Assembly (NCBI RefSeq): GCF_036971445.1
Contig: NC_091470.1
Span: 348,998,001 to 349,062,000 of the forward strand
Direction: 5' to 3'
DNA: 64,000 nt
Source of the DNA: Narcine bancroftii
Taxonomy: Eukaryota
The notes below the pieces were generated by a model. The model saw nothing but the letters and a program-made list of their open reading frames with translations, did not search any database and had not been told where the DNA came from. This document shows, piece after piece, positions 26,230 through 40,021 of this stretch. Position 1 is the stretch's first letter. Each line of letters begins with the position of its first letter. The translations under genes and the position numbers were made by a program.

Positions 26230-29200
26230 GTCAATCAAGATCTCATTGTAATCTCAGATAACTTTCCTCTTTGTCCATTGTTCCACAATTTTAGCATCAT
26301 GCACGGACTTACTATATTCTACCACCCACATTCTCAATCAGATCAGTGATGTAAATGATGAACAACTGTGGGCCCAGCATTGATTCTTTTGGCATTCCAC
26401 TAGTCATGTATCTTCAGTCTGAATAACAAACCTCCACAACCATCCTGTCTCCTACCATCAAGCTAATTCTGTAATTAATTGACTAACCTGCCTTGGATCC
26501 CATGTGATCTAACCATCCGGACAAGTGTACGATGTGAAACCTTGTCAAAGGTCTTTAAAAGTCCATTCAGACAACTTTTACTCCTCAGCCCTGATCAATC
26601 TTTTTGATAATTTCTTCAAAAAGCTCAACAAATTTCCCACAATCTCAAATCAGCCCTTGCTTTTCCAAATGTATGTACATCCTGCCTCTCAGAATCCCTT
26701 CCAATAACTTACCCACCACTGATGTTTGGCAATAGACAATAGACAATAGACATTAGGAGCTGGAGTAGGCCCTTCAGCCCGTCGAGCCAGCACCGCCATT
26801 TTACAGATCATGGCTGATCACTACCATCAGTACCCCTTTCCAGCCTTATCCCCATAACCCTTAACTCCTTTGCCCACTAGAGTCTTATCCAACTCTCTTT
26901 TGAACATAATCAGCGAATCTGCCTCTACCACCCTCTGTGGCAGAGCATTCCACAGATTCACACTTCTCTGGGTAAAAAAAATGTTTTCTCATCTCCGTCC
27001 TAAAGGGCCTACCCTGTATTCTTAAACTATGCCCTCTAGTCCTCGTCTCCCCCATCATTGGGAACAAGTAATCCGACTTCACCCTGTCTATCCCCCTGAT
27101 GATTTTGTATACCTCAATCATGTCCTCCTTCATCCTTCTAAACTCCATCAGATACAAGTCCAGTTTTTCTAGCCTTTCAGCTTATGGGTCTATATCCTTG
27201 GCTTGTCTTTGCAGCCTCTCTTAAATAACGTAACAATATTTCCCACTCTCTCATTTCTGTGACTAACAATGGTGTCTGCAATTTCTTTCCTATCTTCTCA
27301 CAATATCCTAGGATACACTTGATCAGGTCCTGATCTATCTTTATCTATCTTGGTACATTTGAAGATGTCCAGCACCTCATCTTCGGTAATGTGAACACTC
27401 TGCAAGACATTAATATTACTTCCCTGAGTTTCCTACCATCCACATTTTTCTTCATATGAATGCTGATGCTCATTGAGGACTTCATTCCTTTCCAATAGCT
27501 CACCATATGGATAACTTTGTTGATCATTAAGAGCCTCTATTACATGCATTGTACATTGAACAATACAGCACAGAACAGGCCCTTCAGCCAATCTATATAC
27601 AGTACCTTTCCTACCTCATAACCCTCTATTTTTATTTCATCCACGTCCCTATTTGAGAATCTCTTTGTTCTATTGTTTCAGCCTCCACCACCATCCCCGG
27701 CAAAGCATTCCAGGCACCCATCACACTGTGTAAAATGTCTTACCACTGATATCTCCCCTAAACGTTCCTCCCTTCACTTTGTATGGATGTCCACACCCTG
27801 GAAAAATGGTGCTAGCTGTCTAAACCTATCTAAACCTCTCATAATCTTGTACTCCTCTATTAAGTCACCTCTCATCCTTTTTTGCAGCAAAAAGCCAGAG
27901 CTTTGCTAATCCGTGCCTCATAATACACACTTTCCAATCTCGACAACATCCTGGTAAATCTCCTCTGCACCCTCTCCATAGCTTTCACGTTCTTCCTGTG
28001 GATCAGAACTGAACACAATATTCCAAGTGTGGTCTCACAAGAGATTTTTAGAGCTTCAATATTACCTCATGACACCGGAGCTTAATCCCCTGACTAATGA
28101 ACCCCAGCATACCACAGGCCTTCTTATCTATCCTATCAATCTGTGCAGAAACCTCAAGAGTTCTAAGGATCACCTCACACGTATCCAGATTGAACTCTAT
28201 CTACCACTTTTCCACTAAACTCTGCATCCTGTCTATATCATGTGGTAACCTATAACAACTTTCAACAATATCCACAATACTTTCAACTTTCGTGTCATCC
28301 ACAAACTTACTGACCCATCACTCTAATTTTTTGCCCAAGCAAGTTATAAACATCACAAAGAGCAAAGGTCCTAGAACAGACCCTGCAGGACTCCACTAGT
28401 CACTGACCTCCAGGAAGAATACTTTCCATCCACTACTACACTTCTTTCTGTGTGCAAGCCAATTCTGAATATACACAATAAGGTTCCATGCATCCCAACC
28501 TTTAGGATGTTCTGAATAAGTCTCCTATGGGGGGGCATAGACAAATGTCTTAATAAAATCTAGATTCATGATATCTACTGCCCTACCTTCATCAATTTCT
28601 TTTCCTAGCATCTTTTCCCTGTCTCAGTGGGTCAAACCTATCTTGAAACCGGCACAAATGGCTCCTATACATCCTCCACATTACTTCTGTGCTTTCTCCT
28701 GAGAACAGTTGTTCCCAATCTACTCTCCCTAGTTCCTGCCTCAGCCCATCGTAATTAGCCCTTCCTCAATTAAACACTTTGTCTGCTTTATCCTTGTACA
28801 CAACTATGCTAAAGCTATGGAAGTTGTGGTTGCTATCACCCAAATGCTCCCCTACCAAGAGGTCTACCACCTGACCAAGTTCATTACCCAGTATGGCCTC
28901 TCCTCTCATCAGCTGCTCCATATACTGTGCCAGGATTCCTTCTTGAACACACCTGACAAATTCAGCCTCATGTATTTCTCTTGCCATCAGGAAGCGCCAG
29001 TCAATGACAGGGAAGTTGAAGTCTCCCATAACAACAACCCTGTAATTTCTGCACTATTTGAAAACCTGCCTACTTATCTGTTCCTCGGTGTCCCAAGGGG
29101 CTATTTGAGAGCACTCCCAATACTGTACAATCATTGCTCCATTCTCATTTCTGACTTCCATCCACGCCACATCAGTAGACACTCCCTCCACAGCATCCTT

Positions 29201-31240
29201 CCTTTTTGCAGTTGTGATACCATGACCAGTAATGCTATTCCATTCCCCCCCCCCCCCATCCTTTTACCTCCCATTCTATCTCTTTTAAAATATCTAAACC
29301 CCGGTACCTGCATCAGCCAATCTTGTCCTTATGTCAGCCATATCTCGATAGAGGTCACAACATCACAATTTCATGTACTGATCCATGCTCTAAGTTCGTC
29401 TAGTTTATTCCTAATATTCCATGCATTGAAATAGACAAATTTTAAACCCTCCAACTGACTACATTTATGATTTCTCCCCGTCTGCCTTCGTCCCAAACCC
29501 ACAACACATTGCATCATCATTTCCACCTTCTGCTCTATTCTCTTCCCTCATATTCTGGCTCCATCCTCCTGCCAAACTAGTTTAAACTCTCCCCAACAGC
29601 TCTAGCAAACCTGCTCACAAGGATATTGGCTCCTCTCCAGTTCAGGCACAGCCCATCTTTTTGTACAGGTTATACCTTCCCCAGAAGTAATCCCAATGAT
29701 TCACAAATCTGAACCCCCTTCCCCCTGCACCAAACTCCTCAGCCATGCACTCATTTGCCCCAACTTCCTATTTCTTCCTGCACTGGTCCACGGCACAGGC
29801 AGCAGTCCCGTGATTACCACCTTGATGTCCTGCTTTTCACCTTCTATCCTAACTCCCTATATTCCCTCTTCAGGACCTCATCCCTACTCCTATCTATGCC
29901 ATTGGTGGACCGCAGCACCTGGCTGCTCACTCTCCCACTTCAGAATGCTGTGAACTTGATCTGAAACATCACTGACCCTGGTACCTGGGATGCAACAAAC
30001 CATCTGCTAGTCTTGATCTTCTTCATAGAACCTCCTATCTATTTTCCTAATTATTAGATCCCCAATCACTCCTCTTCTCCCCTTCCCTTTTTAGCTGAAG
30101 GGCCAGACTTTTGTGCCAGATACCTGACCACTACAAGTTGTCCCCAGTAGATCATGCCCCCCCCCCCCAACAGTATCAAAAACATTATACTAATTGTTAA
30201 GGGGAGCAGCTACAGAGGTCCTCTGCATTGACTGCCAGCACCCCTTTCCTCTCCTACCTGATCCCCTGCCTCTTGGCTTTTGGGTGTGACTGTCTTCTTA
30301 CAGCTTCTGTCGATTACCTCCTCTGCCTCCCGAATGATCTCGAGTTCATCTATCTCCAGCTCCCGTTCCCTAACTTGTTCTTCTGATGGTACAGATTCTA
30401 TCACCAATGTGTATATGTACAGATGGTAGTGTAGGATGACTGAAATTGACTGAGAGTGTAGCCACACTTACTGACAGGTCTTAAAGGATTGCTCCTAGCC
30501 AGACCAGGTCATTCTGGACTGGTCGACCTACTTGTGATATGCTCCAGCCTTTTAGTTAATAAAATTGTAGTGCGCCACAAGTCTTTGGTTCTTTTGACAC
30601 ACTGTAAGGAGCTGCAGCTGGATGCAGGCTCTATCTATCACCCAGACTCCATCTATCACCCAGACTCCACTTACCTTTTAAATGCTTCTGAAACAAAGCC
30701 CAATTCCTGGCACTCACCAGTTCCCAAGTCCATTCTCTCTCGAGTTAATCTTATGCCCTGAATATACTTAAAGTATCTCGTTGGCCTTATCTCTGCGAGT
30801 TATCTCATGCCTCCTCTTTGCCCACTTGATGTCCCTCTGCAGTGAAATCCTACATCCCCTATATTTCTCAAGGACTTCAGTTAATCCCATCAATTCCTTA
30901 CTTTTGCTTCCTTCTTTTTCTTGACTAGAGCCTTAATATATCTAGTCATTCAGTGTCCCTTATGAGCTTTGCATTTCATTCTGATAGGAACATGCTATCA
31001 TTGAACAACCTCTATCTTGATGTTAAAAGCCTCCCATTTATCTGTAAACAACCTCCTCTAATCATCTTCCTGCCTAATGCCATCAAATCTAGTCTTGCCT
31101 TAATTTAGGACTTTTAATGTTTTAAATTACCATATGGCATTTTTTTTGGTTATGAACCATCTTTTCTGCACCCTCCCCATCTTCCAATAGTTGGGGACCA
31201 GACCTGCACACAATCCTCCGAACGTGGCCTCACCATCATC
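26230..31240 (-). mobile_element. Nested CR1 cluster: old CR1 carrying a young CR1 3' end (26730-27182) and a near-full-length deleted CR1 (27540-30730)
   Basis: EFRRMKEDMIEVYKIIRGIDRV; MGDFNFPVIDW and VPGFRYFKRDR endonuclease motifs; ORF1 ERELEIDELEIIREAEEVIDRS; host sequence resumes at ~30730. Confidence 0.85.
30384..30601 (+). mobile_element. Short solo LTR (family B) inserted in CR1 ORF1
   Basis: Reverse complement of 22831-23038, with AATAAA near the 3' end. Confidence 0.8.
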
Positions 31241-31254
31241 TTTTTTTAAAAAAT

Positions 31255-31480
31255 GTAGACACACAGCAAAGTAACAAAACCCTTATGGCCCACGAGCCCG
31301 TGATACCCAATAACACCCTAATGACCTTCAACCCCGGTACATTTGGAAGGGTGAGAGGAATGAGAGCACCAGGAGGAAACCCACGCAGCCATGGGGAGAA
31401 CGTAAAAGCTCCTTACAGACAGCACAGGATTCAAACCCCGGTCCTGGTGCTAACCAGCAGACTAACTGTGCCACCCCTTA
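31255..31480 (-). mobile_element. V-SINE/HE1-like SINE
   Basis: Reverse of the SINE core (ctccttacagacagc, ggattcaaacc). Confidence 0.8.
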
Positions 31481-32797
31481 ACAATTATCCAGCTGTAACA
31501 TGACATCCTATGTCATGACTGATGGAACAAGTACAATAGATCTTCTTAGCTTTATTGTGGATTGGAATCTTGTAATAAAAAGTTTCTTCTTTCCAGATAC
31601 ATGCTCCCTTCGACAGCTCATGCAGAGGAGCAGAAGCCGAGAGTGAAAGAAAAAGAAACAATTTTTAGTTCATTGATTCAACACGCATTGAAAAGGGCTA
31701 CAAATGTTTCTGTTGTATTATCAGAAACAGCATTGTTCAGATAGACAATAAATTGTGGTTTGTCTCTCTAGTTCACGTCGACGTTAAAGATATCAGACGA
31801 TTGAAGAGAACCAGGGAGCACTCAATGAATTTTCAAATGATAAGTCATGTTTTACAAATTCAATCAGAGTTTCTTTTAAGAAATGACTGATTGACCTGAT
31901 TTTTTTTTTAAAAAAGTGTGGTGCAGATTATCGTGTGCATAAATTTTCCAGTGGGTGTTTGATAAGGTATCTTGCAATGGGTTCTTGGCAAAAAAAAAAA
32001 CCATGAATGTGGATTGAAAGAAAATGCAGTCACATAGAAGGAAATTTCAGATCTGAGAAGAGTTGGGGTGATGTACCCAGAGACCATTTTGTTATTAAAA
32101 TATGTTAACAGTAGAAAAATGGCCGTTTGTTTGGCTAATTGCTGCATGGGCTCAAGGGAGATGCAACATTATGTACACATTCTTTCTGTGAGTGAGCCGC
32201 AGTTGGAACTGAAACACAAAAATGCTCGTGATCAAAGGAAAATAAAACTGTTGCAACTTTCATATTCCCAGGAAGTCTGCTTGTAAGTAGGTCAATAAAG
32301 ATATATAAAAAAATAGATTTTGTGTTTTGATATTTAGTGAAACAGGGTACACAAAAAAATGATAGAAAAATTAGTAATCTCCAGTTTGAGCAGATTGCTG
32401 TTTTGAGTGCCCGTTATAGACAGGATATTAAGCCATGGCAAATGCTATGTAAAGATAGCAGAGCCATGAAAGCTCAAAGGAAAATGAAAGGGAAATACAA
32501 TTACAGCAGAAATCTGGTTGTGAATTCAATAAAAAGAATCTTTGTTATCGTTAGAGGGCAAGTTGGGGATAGTTTTGAAGCAGACATTGAGTGCAGAGCA
32601 AATGGCTGAAGTGTACAGAGACACTGGAAAGAGCAAAAACAATCTGCTGGAGTAACTCAGCAGACCGTGCAGCATCAGTGGGAGAAGAACTGTTCATGTT
32701 TTGGGTCAGAACTCTTGGTCAAGAAACTCTTTAAAAAATCTTCACAGCTGAAGCAAAAGTTGCTTGAGAAAGATGTATCAAAACATTCTGGACAATT

Positions 32798-33077
32798 TGT
32801 GGTGGTACACCACCAGCCTACTCCAGGGGGCAAACTCTGCCCCTGCAGATGAGTAAGGGGACAGGACATCACCTGGCCGGCTGCCAATCAGTCGGCATAA
32901 ATGGATCAAGCCCCACCCGGTCGGGTGTCAATCACCCTCCGGGATATAAGCCTGCACCGGCCTCCCGAGGCCTTACACTGAGTTACTGCAGCCACAGCCA
33001 GCCTGGCTCTGTGGAGGTTTTTGTGGATTAAAGCCTGTTGTTCAGTCTTTACCTGGTGTGTGTCTGATTCTGTCTAA
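32798..33077 (+). mobile_element. Gypsy solo LTR, near-identical to 1953-2244
   Basis: tgtggtggtacaccacc start; the ORF track gives almost the same spurious peptide for both; 3' end clipped. Confidence 0.9.
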
Positions 33078-33404
33078 ATTTAAGCGTGTGCACCTTGATT
33101 GCAGAAAGATGGAATTGTATTGTAAGTTAAAGACACCAATATGAAATTTATTTTGACTAATACTCAATTCTGCATCTATAAAAATATTCTGACCGATTCC
33201 ATCAAAGTACTTTGTTTTAATTGTGCTACACTTAGAAGTTCACCATTGCTTTCTGCAGTCTATGAAGTAAAAATGTATAATCTTATTTTAAATTAATGTT
33301 GAACTTTTTTAAGGTAAATTCATAGCTTTCTACTGTAATTATAATTGGACTTCCATATTTTAAATTTTAATTAGCTGGAAATTAATAGAAATTGCAAATT
33401 AAAT

Positions 33405-33680
33405 TGAACATCTACATGAGGTGGTGTCTTAATAAACCAGCCTCCATCCTCAAGGACCCCCACCACCTAGGCCAGGCCCTCTTCATTCTGCTACCATCGG
33501 GGGGAATAAGATACAGGAGTCTAAAGACGAACACTCAACAGCACAAGGACAGTTTCTTCCCCACTGCCATCAAATACCTGAATAATTAATGAACCAAAGA
33601 TGCTGCTTTACTTTTCGTGGACCACTATTTTAATTTTTTTATTCAAAGTAATGTCGTAAGATAGTTAAGATATAATATGT
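33405..33680 (+). mobile_element. Rex1-like LINE 3' end
   Basis: SILKDPHHLGQALFILLPSGG..YRSLKT..KDSFFPTAI. Confidence 0.85.
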
Positions 33681-35005
33681 AGAGAGGATATGGAGAGGCT
33701 GCAGAAGGATATACTTAATATAGATAACTGGGCAAAGGTCTGGCAATATTAATAAACGTGAGATCATCCACTTTGGTAGGAAAAATAAAAGAGCAGATTA
33801 TTATTTAAATGGTGAAAAACTGCAGCAAGATGTCATACAGAAGGACTTGGGAGTGCTAGTGTATGAATCACAAAAAGTTGGGTTGCAGGTAAAACAAGTT
33901 ATTAAGAAGGCTAATGAAATGTTGGCCTTCATCGCTAGAGGAATTGAATTCAAGAGCAGGGAGGTCGTGCTGCAACTGTACAAGGTAATGGTGAGGCCGC
34001 ACCAGGAGTACTGTGTGCAATTTTGGTCTCCATACTTGAGGAAGGATATACTGGCCTTGGAGGTGGCCTAGAGGAAGTTCACCAAATTGATCCCAGAGAT
34101 GAGGGTGTTGACCTATGAGGAGAGACTAAATCGCCTGGGATTATACTCTTTCGAATTCAGAAGAATGAGAGGTGATCTTATAGAAACATAGAGAATTAAG
34201 ATAACATTCTTTCTTTTCTTCTTTCTTTTTTCTTTCTTTGGCTTGGCTTCACGGACGAAGATTTATGGAGGGGTATGTCCATGTCTGCTGCAGGCTCGTT
34301 GGTGACTGACAAGTCCGCTGAGGGACAGGCAGGCATGGTTGCAGCAGTTGCAAGGGAAAATTGGTTGGTTGGGGTTGGGTGTTGAGTTTTTCCTCCTTTG
34401 TCTTTTGTCAGTGAGCTGGGCTCTGCGGTCTTCTTCAAAGGAGGTTGCTGCCCGCCGAACTATGAGGTGCCAAGATGCACGGTTGGAGGCAATAACAGCC
34501 CACTGGCAGTGGTCAATGTGGCAGGCACCAAGAGATTTCTTTAAGCAGTCCTTGTACCTCTTCTTTGTTACACCTCTGTCTTGGTGGCCAGTGGAGAGCT
34601 CGCCATATAACACGATCTTGGGAAGGCGATGGTCCTCCATTCTGGAGACGTGACGCACCCAGCGCAGATAACATTAACATATAAAATAAGACAGAGGCAG
34701 GAAAATTGTTTTCACTGGTAGGCGAGACCAGAACTAGGGGACACAGCCTCAAGATTCAGGGGAGTATTTTCCGAAGAGTAGTGAATCTGTGGAATTCTCT
34801 GCCGAGGGAAGCAATTGAGGCTACTTCATTAAACATATTTAAGGTTCAGTTAGATAGATTTTTACATGAAAAAGGAATTTGGGGAAATGGCAGGTTGGTA
34901 GAGTTGAGTCAATGATCAGATCAGCCATGATCTTACTGAATGGCAGAGCAGAGTCGACGGGCCGGATGGCCTCCTCCTGCTCCTATTTCTCATGTTCTTA
35001 TGTAT
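33680..35005 (+). mobile_element. CR1 LINE 3' portion, interrupted by RTE
   Basis: KKANEMLAFIARGIEFKSREV..VRPHQEYCVQFWSP; MFSLVGETRTRGHSLK. Confidence 0.9.
34209..34665 (-). mobile_element. RTE (BovB-like) LINE 3' fragment with 10-bp TSD
   Basis: HVSRMEDHRLPKIVLYGEL, C-terminal CxxC..H..C; TSD agataacatt at 34199-34208 and 34666-34675. Confidence 0.92.
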
Positions 35006-35081
35006 GTTTGCACTATGTTGCTGCTGTAGCTTTTAGCTGCTACAAGCTATGGCTTTGCAGAGCGTATAGCACAGGGGAGGC

Positions 35082-35382
35082 TATAGCTCAGAAAGAACAC
35101 GCTGTTCCCAGAAAGAACGACACAAACCCAGTTGAGTGGAGTTAACACTCTGAGCTTTATTGGACTCACAGCCCTGCTTTTATTCTCAAGATGAGGGGTG
35201 TAATCAAAACCCTCTCAGCACTGTTATTGTATTTGTGATCCCACTTTCCCTGAGGCCAGTTAAGCTCGTTTGGTTGTGGCCAATTGGAGGGCAGCGCTGT
35301 GGGCCTCGTGCAGCCTGCTGGATCATCGCGTTTGTCCTTCATTTTGTGAGGCCCTGTGGGGGTGCTGTGAAAGGCCGCCACA
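35082..35382 (-). mobile_element. Gypsy-type solo LTR inserted in a Rex1-type tail
   Basis: Minus strand starts tgtggcggcc, AATAAA near the end, near-TSD aggc/cggc; the tail resumes to aataaattctgattctga. Confidence 0.6.
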
Positions 35383-35596
35383 CGGCCGCAAAAACCAAAC
35401 TTCATGACTTGTTAATGACAATAAATTCTGATTCTGATAACTAATATCCTTGTTAATCCAGCAAAAGTTCCACATTTTTTTCTCTTAACATACATGAAAG
35501 AGTTGGAGATACAAGAGACTGTAGATGCTGAATTCTGGAGCAAAAGGAAGTCTGCCCCAGAAGACCAAATGGCACCAGTGGGTAGAAGAAAAATTA

Positions 35597-36668
35597 CACT
35601 GGACAATGAAGATTTTGCTTCCTGCATACCTTTGGTTGTATTTTTTTAATTTAAATTTTGGCCTACTGATCACGAAAATCACCTTAAAATTGTCCTATCA
35701 CGTACTGTTTATACGATATAACCTAGTTTCATGATTTCCTGTTATATTTTAAATCTACTTCAAACATAAAGTGCAACAAATGATTGAAAATTCATTTTCT
35801 GCATTCTTGCTTGGATCTCTTCCCTGCTAGCCTTGGTGCAGACAGTGACAAACACGGTGAAAGGTTTCACCAGGACATGGCCACCATGGAAAAGCTGTAT
35901 CAGGGCAACTGGAATCCATCAAAGCAGGCCGACCATTCATGGAGATTGAAATGAGAGGCATCAGATGCTGAGTATAAATGAAAATAAGCGGTAAAACATT
36001 TTTAGGTCAGTTGAACTAACACAATTAGTCAGCTTCATTTTGTGATTAACATACTAAATTCAATAAAAGTTAATTTAATGTTTCTACAACTTCCTAGGTG
36101 TTACAGGTCGAGCACCCCGTATCCGAAGATCAGAAAACCTAAAAGATTCAAAAACTGAACTTTTTTTTAGCACCGACATGATGTCACAAGTTGAAAAGAA
36201 TTCACCACCTGACTTGTCATGTGGGGCTCTGACACTCTGTTGGCACCATTTTGACAACAACAGAACTCTGGTGTACAAAGATATAGACGACACTGGAGGA
36301 AACATTTGAAGAAGTATTCGAGAAGAATTTCTTGTATTTGCTGCTGCATTTTTCTTCTCTTGTATGCAGAGGTCAAGTTTTTATTGTTAAGTACTAAACA
36401 TTATTTCATATGAATTTTCCACTTGTGGCATCATTTCTGCCCTCAAAAAGCCTGCTGTTGTTCTTTAACTGTTGATACAGTTATTTTGCAGGTGGCTACT
36501 GAGCAGCTGAGATCCATTGTTCCAAAATCTGAAAAAAAATTAAAAGCATCTGGACCCGAGCTGTACAGCAAATCTGAAATTATCTTTGTGTTCAGCTTGA
36601 AACTGTCTATCATAATCCCCAATTTTTTTTTCAGGAACCAAACCTTTTGAAAAAGTTTGCTGTCCACG
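35597..36668 (+). mobile_element. Internally deleted Chapaev3-like (CMC) DNA transposon with transposase C-terminal remnant 35784-36005
   Basis: LKIHFLHSCLDLFPASLGADSDKHGERFHQDMATMEKLYQGNWNPS with later stops; TIRs cactggacaa...tttgcttcctg / caggaacc...tttgctgtcca. Confidence 0.75.
36104..36563. mobile_element. Tigger4/pogo-like MITE with TA TSD, nested in the Chapaev element
   Basis: ta|caggtcgagcaccccgtatccg ... gacccgagctg|ta; internal gcaccgacatgatgtcacaagt motif like Tigger4. Confidence 0.75.
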
Positions 36669-37245
36669 TTTTGTCGACTTTTAAGGTTGCGAATACTTCA
36701 TCAAGACTGAGTGCAAAGGGCAGATAGCCAGGTCGGAGGACAAGGTCAGAGGACAAGGTCGGAGGGGTGAGACAGGAATCAGGAGGGACAACAGATGGAT
36801 AGGGAACCCAAGTGGTGGAGTTGGGAGACAGGAGAAGTTGATTGGCAGGTGCCACACAAAGGAAATTGAAGCAAGGGAAATAATGGGGTGATAAGAGGGA
36901 AGAGGGGTCATGTGGAGGAAGATGAGTCATACAGGGTGAAGCTGATAGAGGACACAAATGGGAACAAAGATCATCAGTTTTTAAATGTGGGAAGTAAAGA
37001 TGGGTCTGGGGATAAAATGGGAAGTATAGATTTGACCAGATGGAACTGAAGGGGAGGGAAAGCTGCTGGTGGAACGTGGGTATTAGAGAATGGAACAAGA
37101 GGGGAAGGGGATGAGAATGGGTGGAAAATGGATGGGAGTATGTGGGAAAGGGGACAAAAATGGGGAGGGGGGAAGATAAAGAACAGAAGTGCATCAGAAG
37201 AAAAGAGATGGGACTCACAACCTGAAATTGTAAACTTCCATATTA
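36669..37245 (-). mobile_element. Penelope-like 3' tail (purine-rich on plus)
   Basis: Same layout as 8310-9290; the minus strand ends cttgatgaag...aaggtcgac. Confidence 0.5.
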
Positions 37246-37739
37246 GTTTGTTTTCACCTCTTTGTGTCTTTCAAAAGCCCCTCAGACTGTTTCAGAGTGT
37301 AGAACTTGATTCACTGAATTTTTCCCTTTTGTATAGAGTGTGTAGGGATTCTTGAGAACAGATCAGGAGCTAAGCTTGACTTCTTCTCCCTTAGGCACAG
37401 AGCATCAACTAGAATGTCACCAAAAAAAAAAAAATGAGAGAGGGAAGTTAGGATGAGATCAAATGAGTAAATGTGGCAGTTCGAGGCTTCTCATCTTTGT
37501 TATGTGTTTTTTTTGTAAGGCTGTGGGACATGTCCAACATACTGTACTGATAGAGCTAGAAAATATTATTCAGAATCACAGATGAGTGATGGGCAGATAT
37601 GGCCAATTCTGATCCAGAGAGGAAAAAAAGACAGTGCTACTTAATATTAGAGAATTTGGGAAGGAATCTGAAAGGCAGCAATATCCCCAAAAAAGATGAT
37701 AAGGTGCAGTTTCTCAAATTTTTGTTTGTTCTTATTGTA

Positions 37740-39425
37740 ATTGTGTTATCAACTACAGATCAATAGATCAGAGAGGAACAAAGAAACCTTGGGTCCAAAT
37801 CCATCTATCTCTCAGGGTTGCCACGCAGATTGATAGTGGAGTTCAGAAGGCTTATGGATATGCTGGGCAATAACAATAAACATTACCATAATTGGGGAAA
37901 GATGTGGCAAATGAAATGTATAGTCATGCACTTTGGTGGAAGGAATAAGAGGGCAGGCTATTATTTGGATGGGGAGAAAATACAAAATTCAGAGGTGCAA
38001 AGGATCCCATTAATGTTAACCTCCTTGTTGAGTTGGTGGTGAAGAATGCAAATGCAATGTTGGCATTCAGATTCAGAAGAATGGGATATAAGAGCACAGA
38101 GGTGATATTGAAGCTTTGTAAGGCACTACTGAGGCCTCACTTGGAGTTTAGGGCTCCTTATTTAAGAAAGGATGTGCTGGTGTTGGAGAGGCTTTAGTGA
38201 AAATTCACAAGAATGATTCTGGGAATGAAGGGAGTTAGAATATGAGTAAGGTTTGCTCTTGGGCTGTACTCCTTCAAGTTTAGAGGAATGAAAGGGAACT
38301 TCATAGAAGCATTTTGAATGTTGAATGGCTTGGACAGAGTAGACATGGCAAAGTTCTTTCCAATGGTAGAAGAATCAAGGACAAGAGGGCACAACTTCAG
38401 GATTGAAGAGTGCCCATTTAAAACAGAGATGTGGAGAAATTTCTTCAGTCAGAGAGTGGTAAACCTCTTAAATGTGGGTGGCTTTGAAGGCCAGGCCTTT
38501 GGGTGTATTTAAGGCAGAGATGGATTGGTATTTAAACAGTCAAGGTATCAAGGGTTATGCGGAGAAGACAGGGGAGTGGAGCTGTGTGAGAGAATGGATC
38601 AGCTCATGATGGAATGGTGGAGCGGACTCGATAGACCAAATGGGCTGCTTCTACTCCTATATCTTATGGTCAATGCTGGCCTTCATTAGTCAGGGGATTG
38701 AGTTCAAGGGTCGTGAGGTAATGTTGCAGCTCTATAAAACTGATTAGACCACACAGAATACGTAAAGAACATTGCATGACCTGCTGAGTTTCTCCAGGAT
38801 TGTTGTGTAAACTACAGCCAGAGTATCTGCAGATTTTCTTGTTTATCTTGGAATACTCTGGTTGCCTCATTACTGGAAGGTTTTGAAAGCTTTGTAGAGG
38901 GTGCAGAGTTGATTTACCAAGATATTGCCTGGATTGGAGGTAAGGTTAACAGAGCTCGTGCTTTTCTCTTTGGAGTTAAAGAAGGATGAGAGGTGACAAC
39001 AGAGGTCCACAAGTCATAGTTGGGCTGGACAACCAACACCTTTTACCCGGGCTTAACTGTAGCAATTACCAGGAGACATCTCTATAATATGGGAGGGGAA
39101 CTGGGATTCACTGGGAGAGTGCTGTATTGATGACTGGCCTCATCTCCTGGCTCCACTCCCATTTACCCATATATAACCTTGATTTCCTGCCTAAACCCAG
39201 AACCCCTCTGAAGCCTACTAGTGAACTCTACCCATTGTTGAAATCTAATAAAAGTGTTTGTTCTCCCTCCAGTCATGTAAGAGCTTTTATCTACATTACA
39301 ACGTGCATATAAGAAAAATGGAGGGTTATGGTTGTGAGTTCGGGAAGGTTTAGATTGTTAAGTAGGTTTATATAGGACAGCACAATATTAATAACACTAT
39401 AATGTGCCATGTTCTATGTTCTAGG
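37740..39425 (+). mobile_element. Nested CR1 fragments (inner CR1 ~37885-38670) plus short solo LTR ~39082-39300
   Basis: WQMKC.VMHFGGRN, LNGLDRVD..FPMVEESRTRGH; the outer CR1 resumes at 38670; LTR has AATAAA and a ...cattaca end. Confidence 0.75.
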
Positions 39426-39857
39426 GTGCAGGATGCAAAATTAACGTGGTCTTCAATTGAAGCTTGCAAGCATGGGATAACAATAATTGTTAAATTTTAT
39501 TTCATTTAAAGATACAGTCAGGTAACAGGACCTTCCAGCCCATGAGCACACATCATCCAATTACATGAATTAACCTACTAATCTATACAATGTTGAAACA
39601 TGGGAAAGCAGAGCACCCGAGGACATTAGGGAAGAACATACAAACTCCTTGCAGACTTAGGTCACTGGCTCTGTTATAGTGTTGTGCTATGCCACTGCTC
39701 TATCCCACCATTCTCAAGCTGACAGTGATTCAAAAATACAGCACATAGTTTTCCCCTTTAAATCATGGTGCTGCAGGCCAAGAACCAAGCTGAAAATTTG
39801 GTTGTACCAGAAATAACCAATCATAAGTGAGACTCAGAGCATTATTGCATAATTTAC

Positions 39858-40021
39858 TTGATAACACTCCAAAGAAACGTGAGGGTCGATTGTGACTGGT
39901 CAAATTTCCAGAGGTTGTGGAAAATGTAGCAGTCAAATTCCACTCCAAAACCAAGTGATTTTTAAACAAGTTGTGCAACAAAAGCTGTTCTGTATAATTG
40001 GCATATAGGGGTGTTGATTCC
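39858..40021 (-). CDS. Candidate internal coding exon, unknown product
   Basis: Acceptor ttaacttttacag|, donor tcaa|gtaaat, open frame ESTPLYANYTEQLLLHNLFKNHLVLEWNLTATFSTTSGNLTSHNRPSRFFGVLS; non-repeat context; no homology recognised. Confidence 0.25.

Noticed and set aside
35073-35110. tRNA-like A box (ctatagctcag) suggesting a tRNA or tRNA-SINE
   Set aside because: No cloverleaf or B box; better explained as the end of a minus-strand solo LTR
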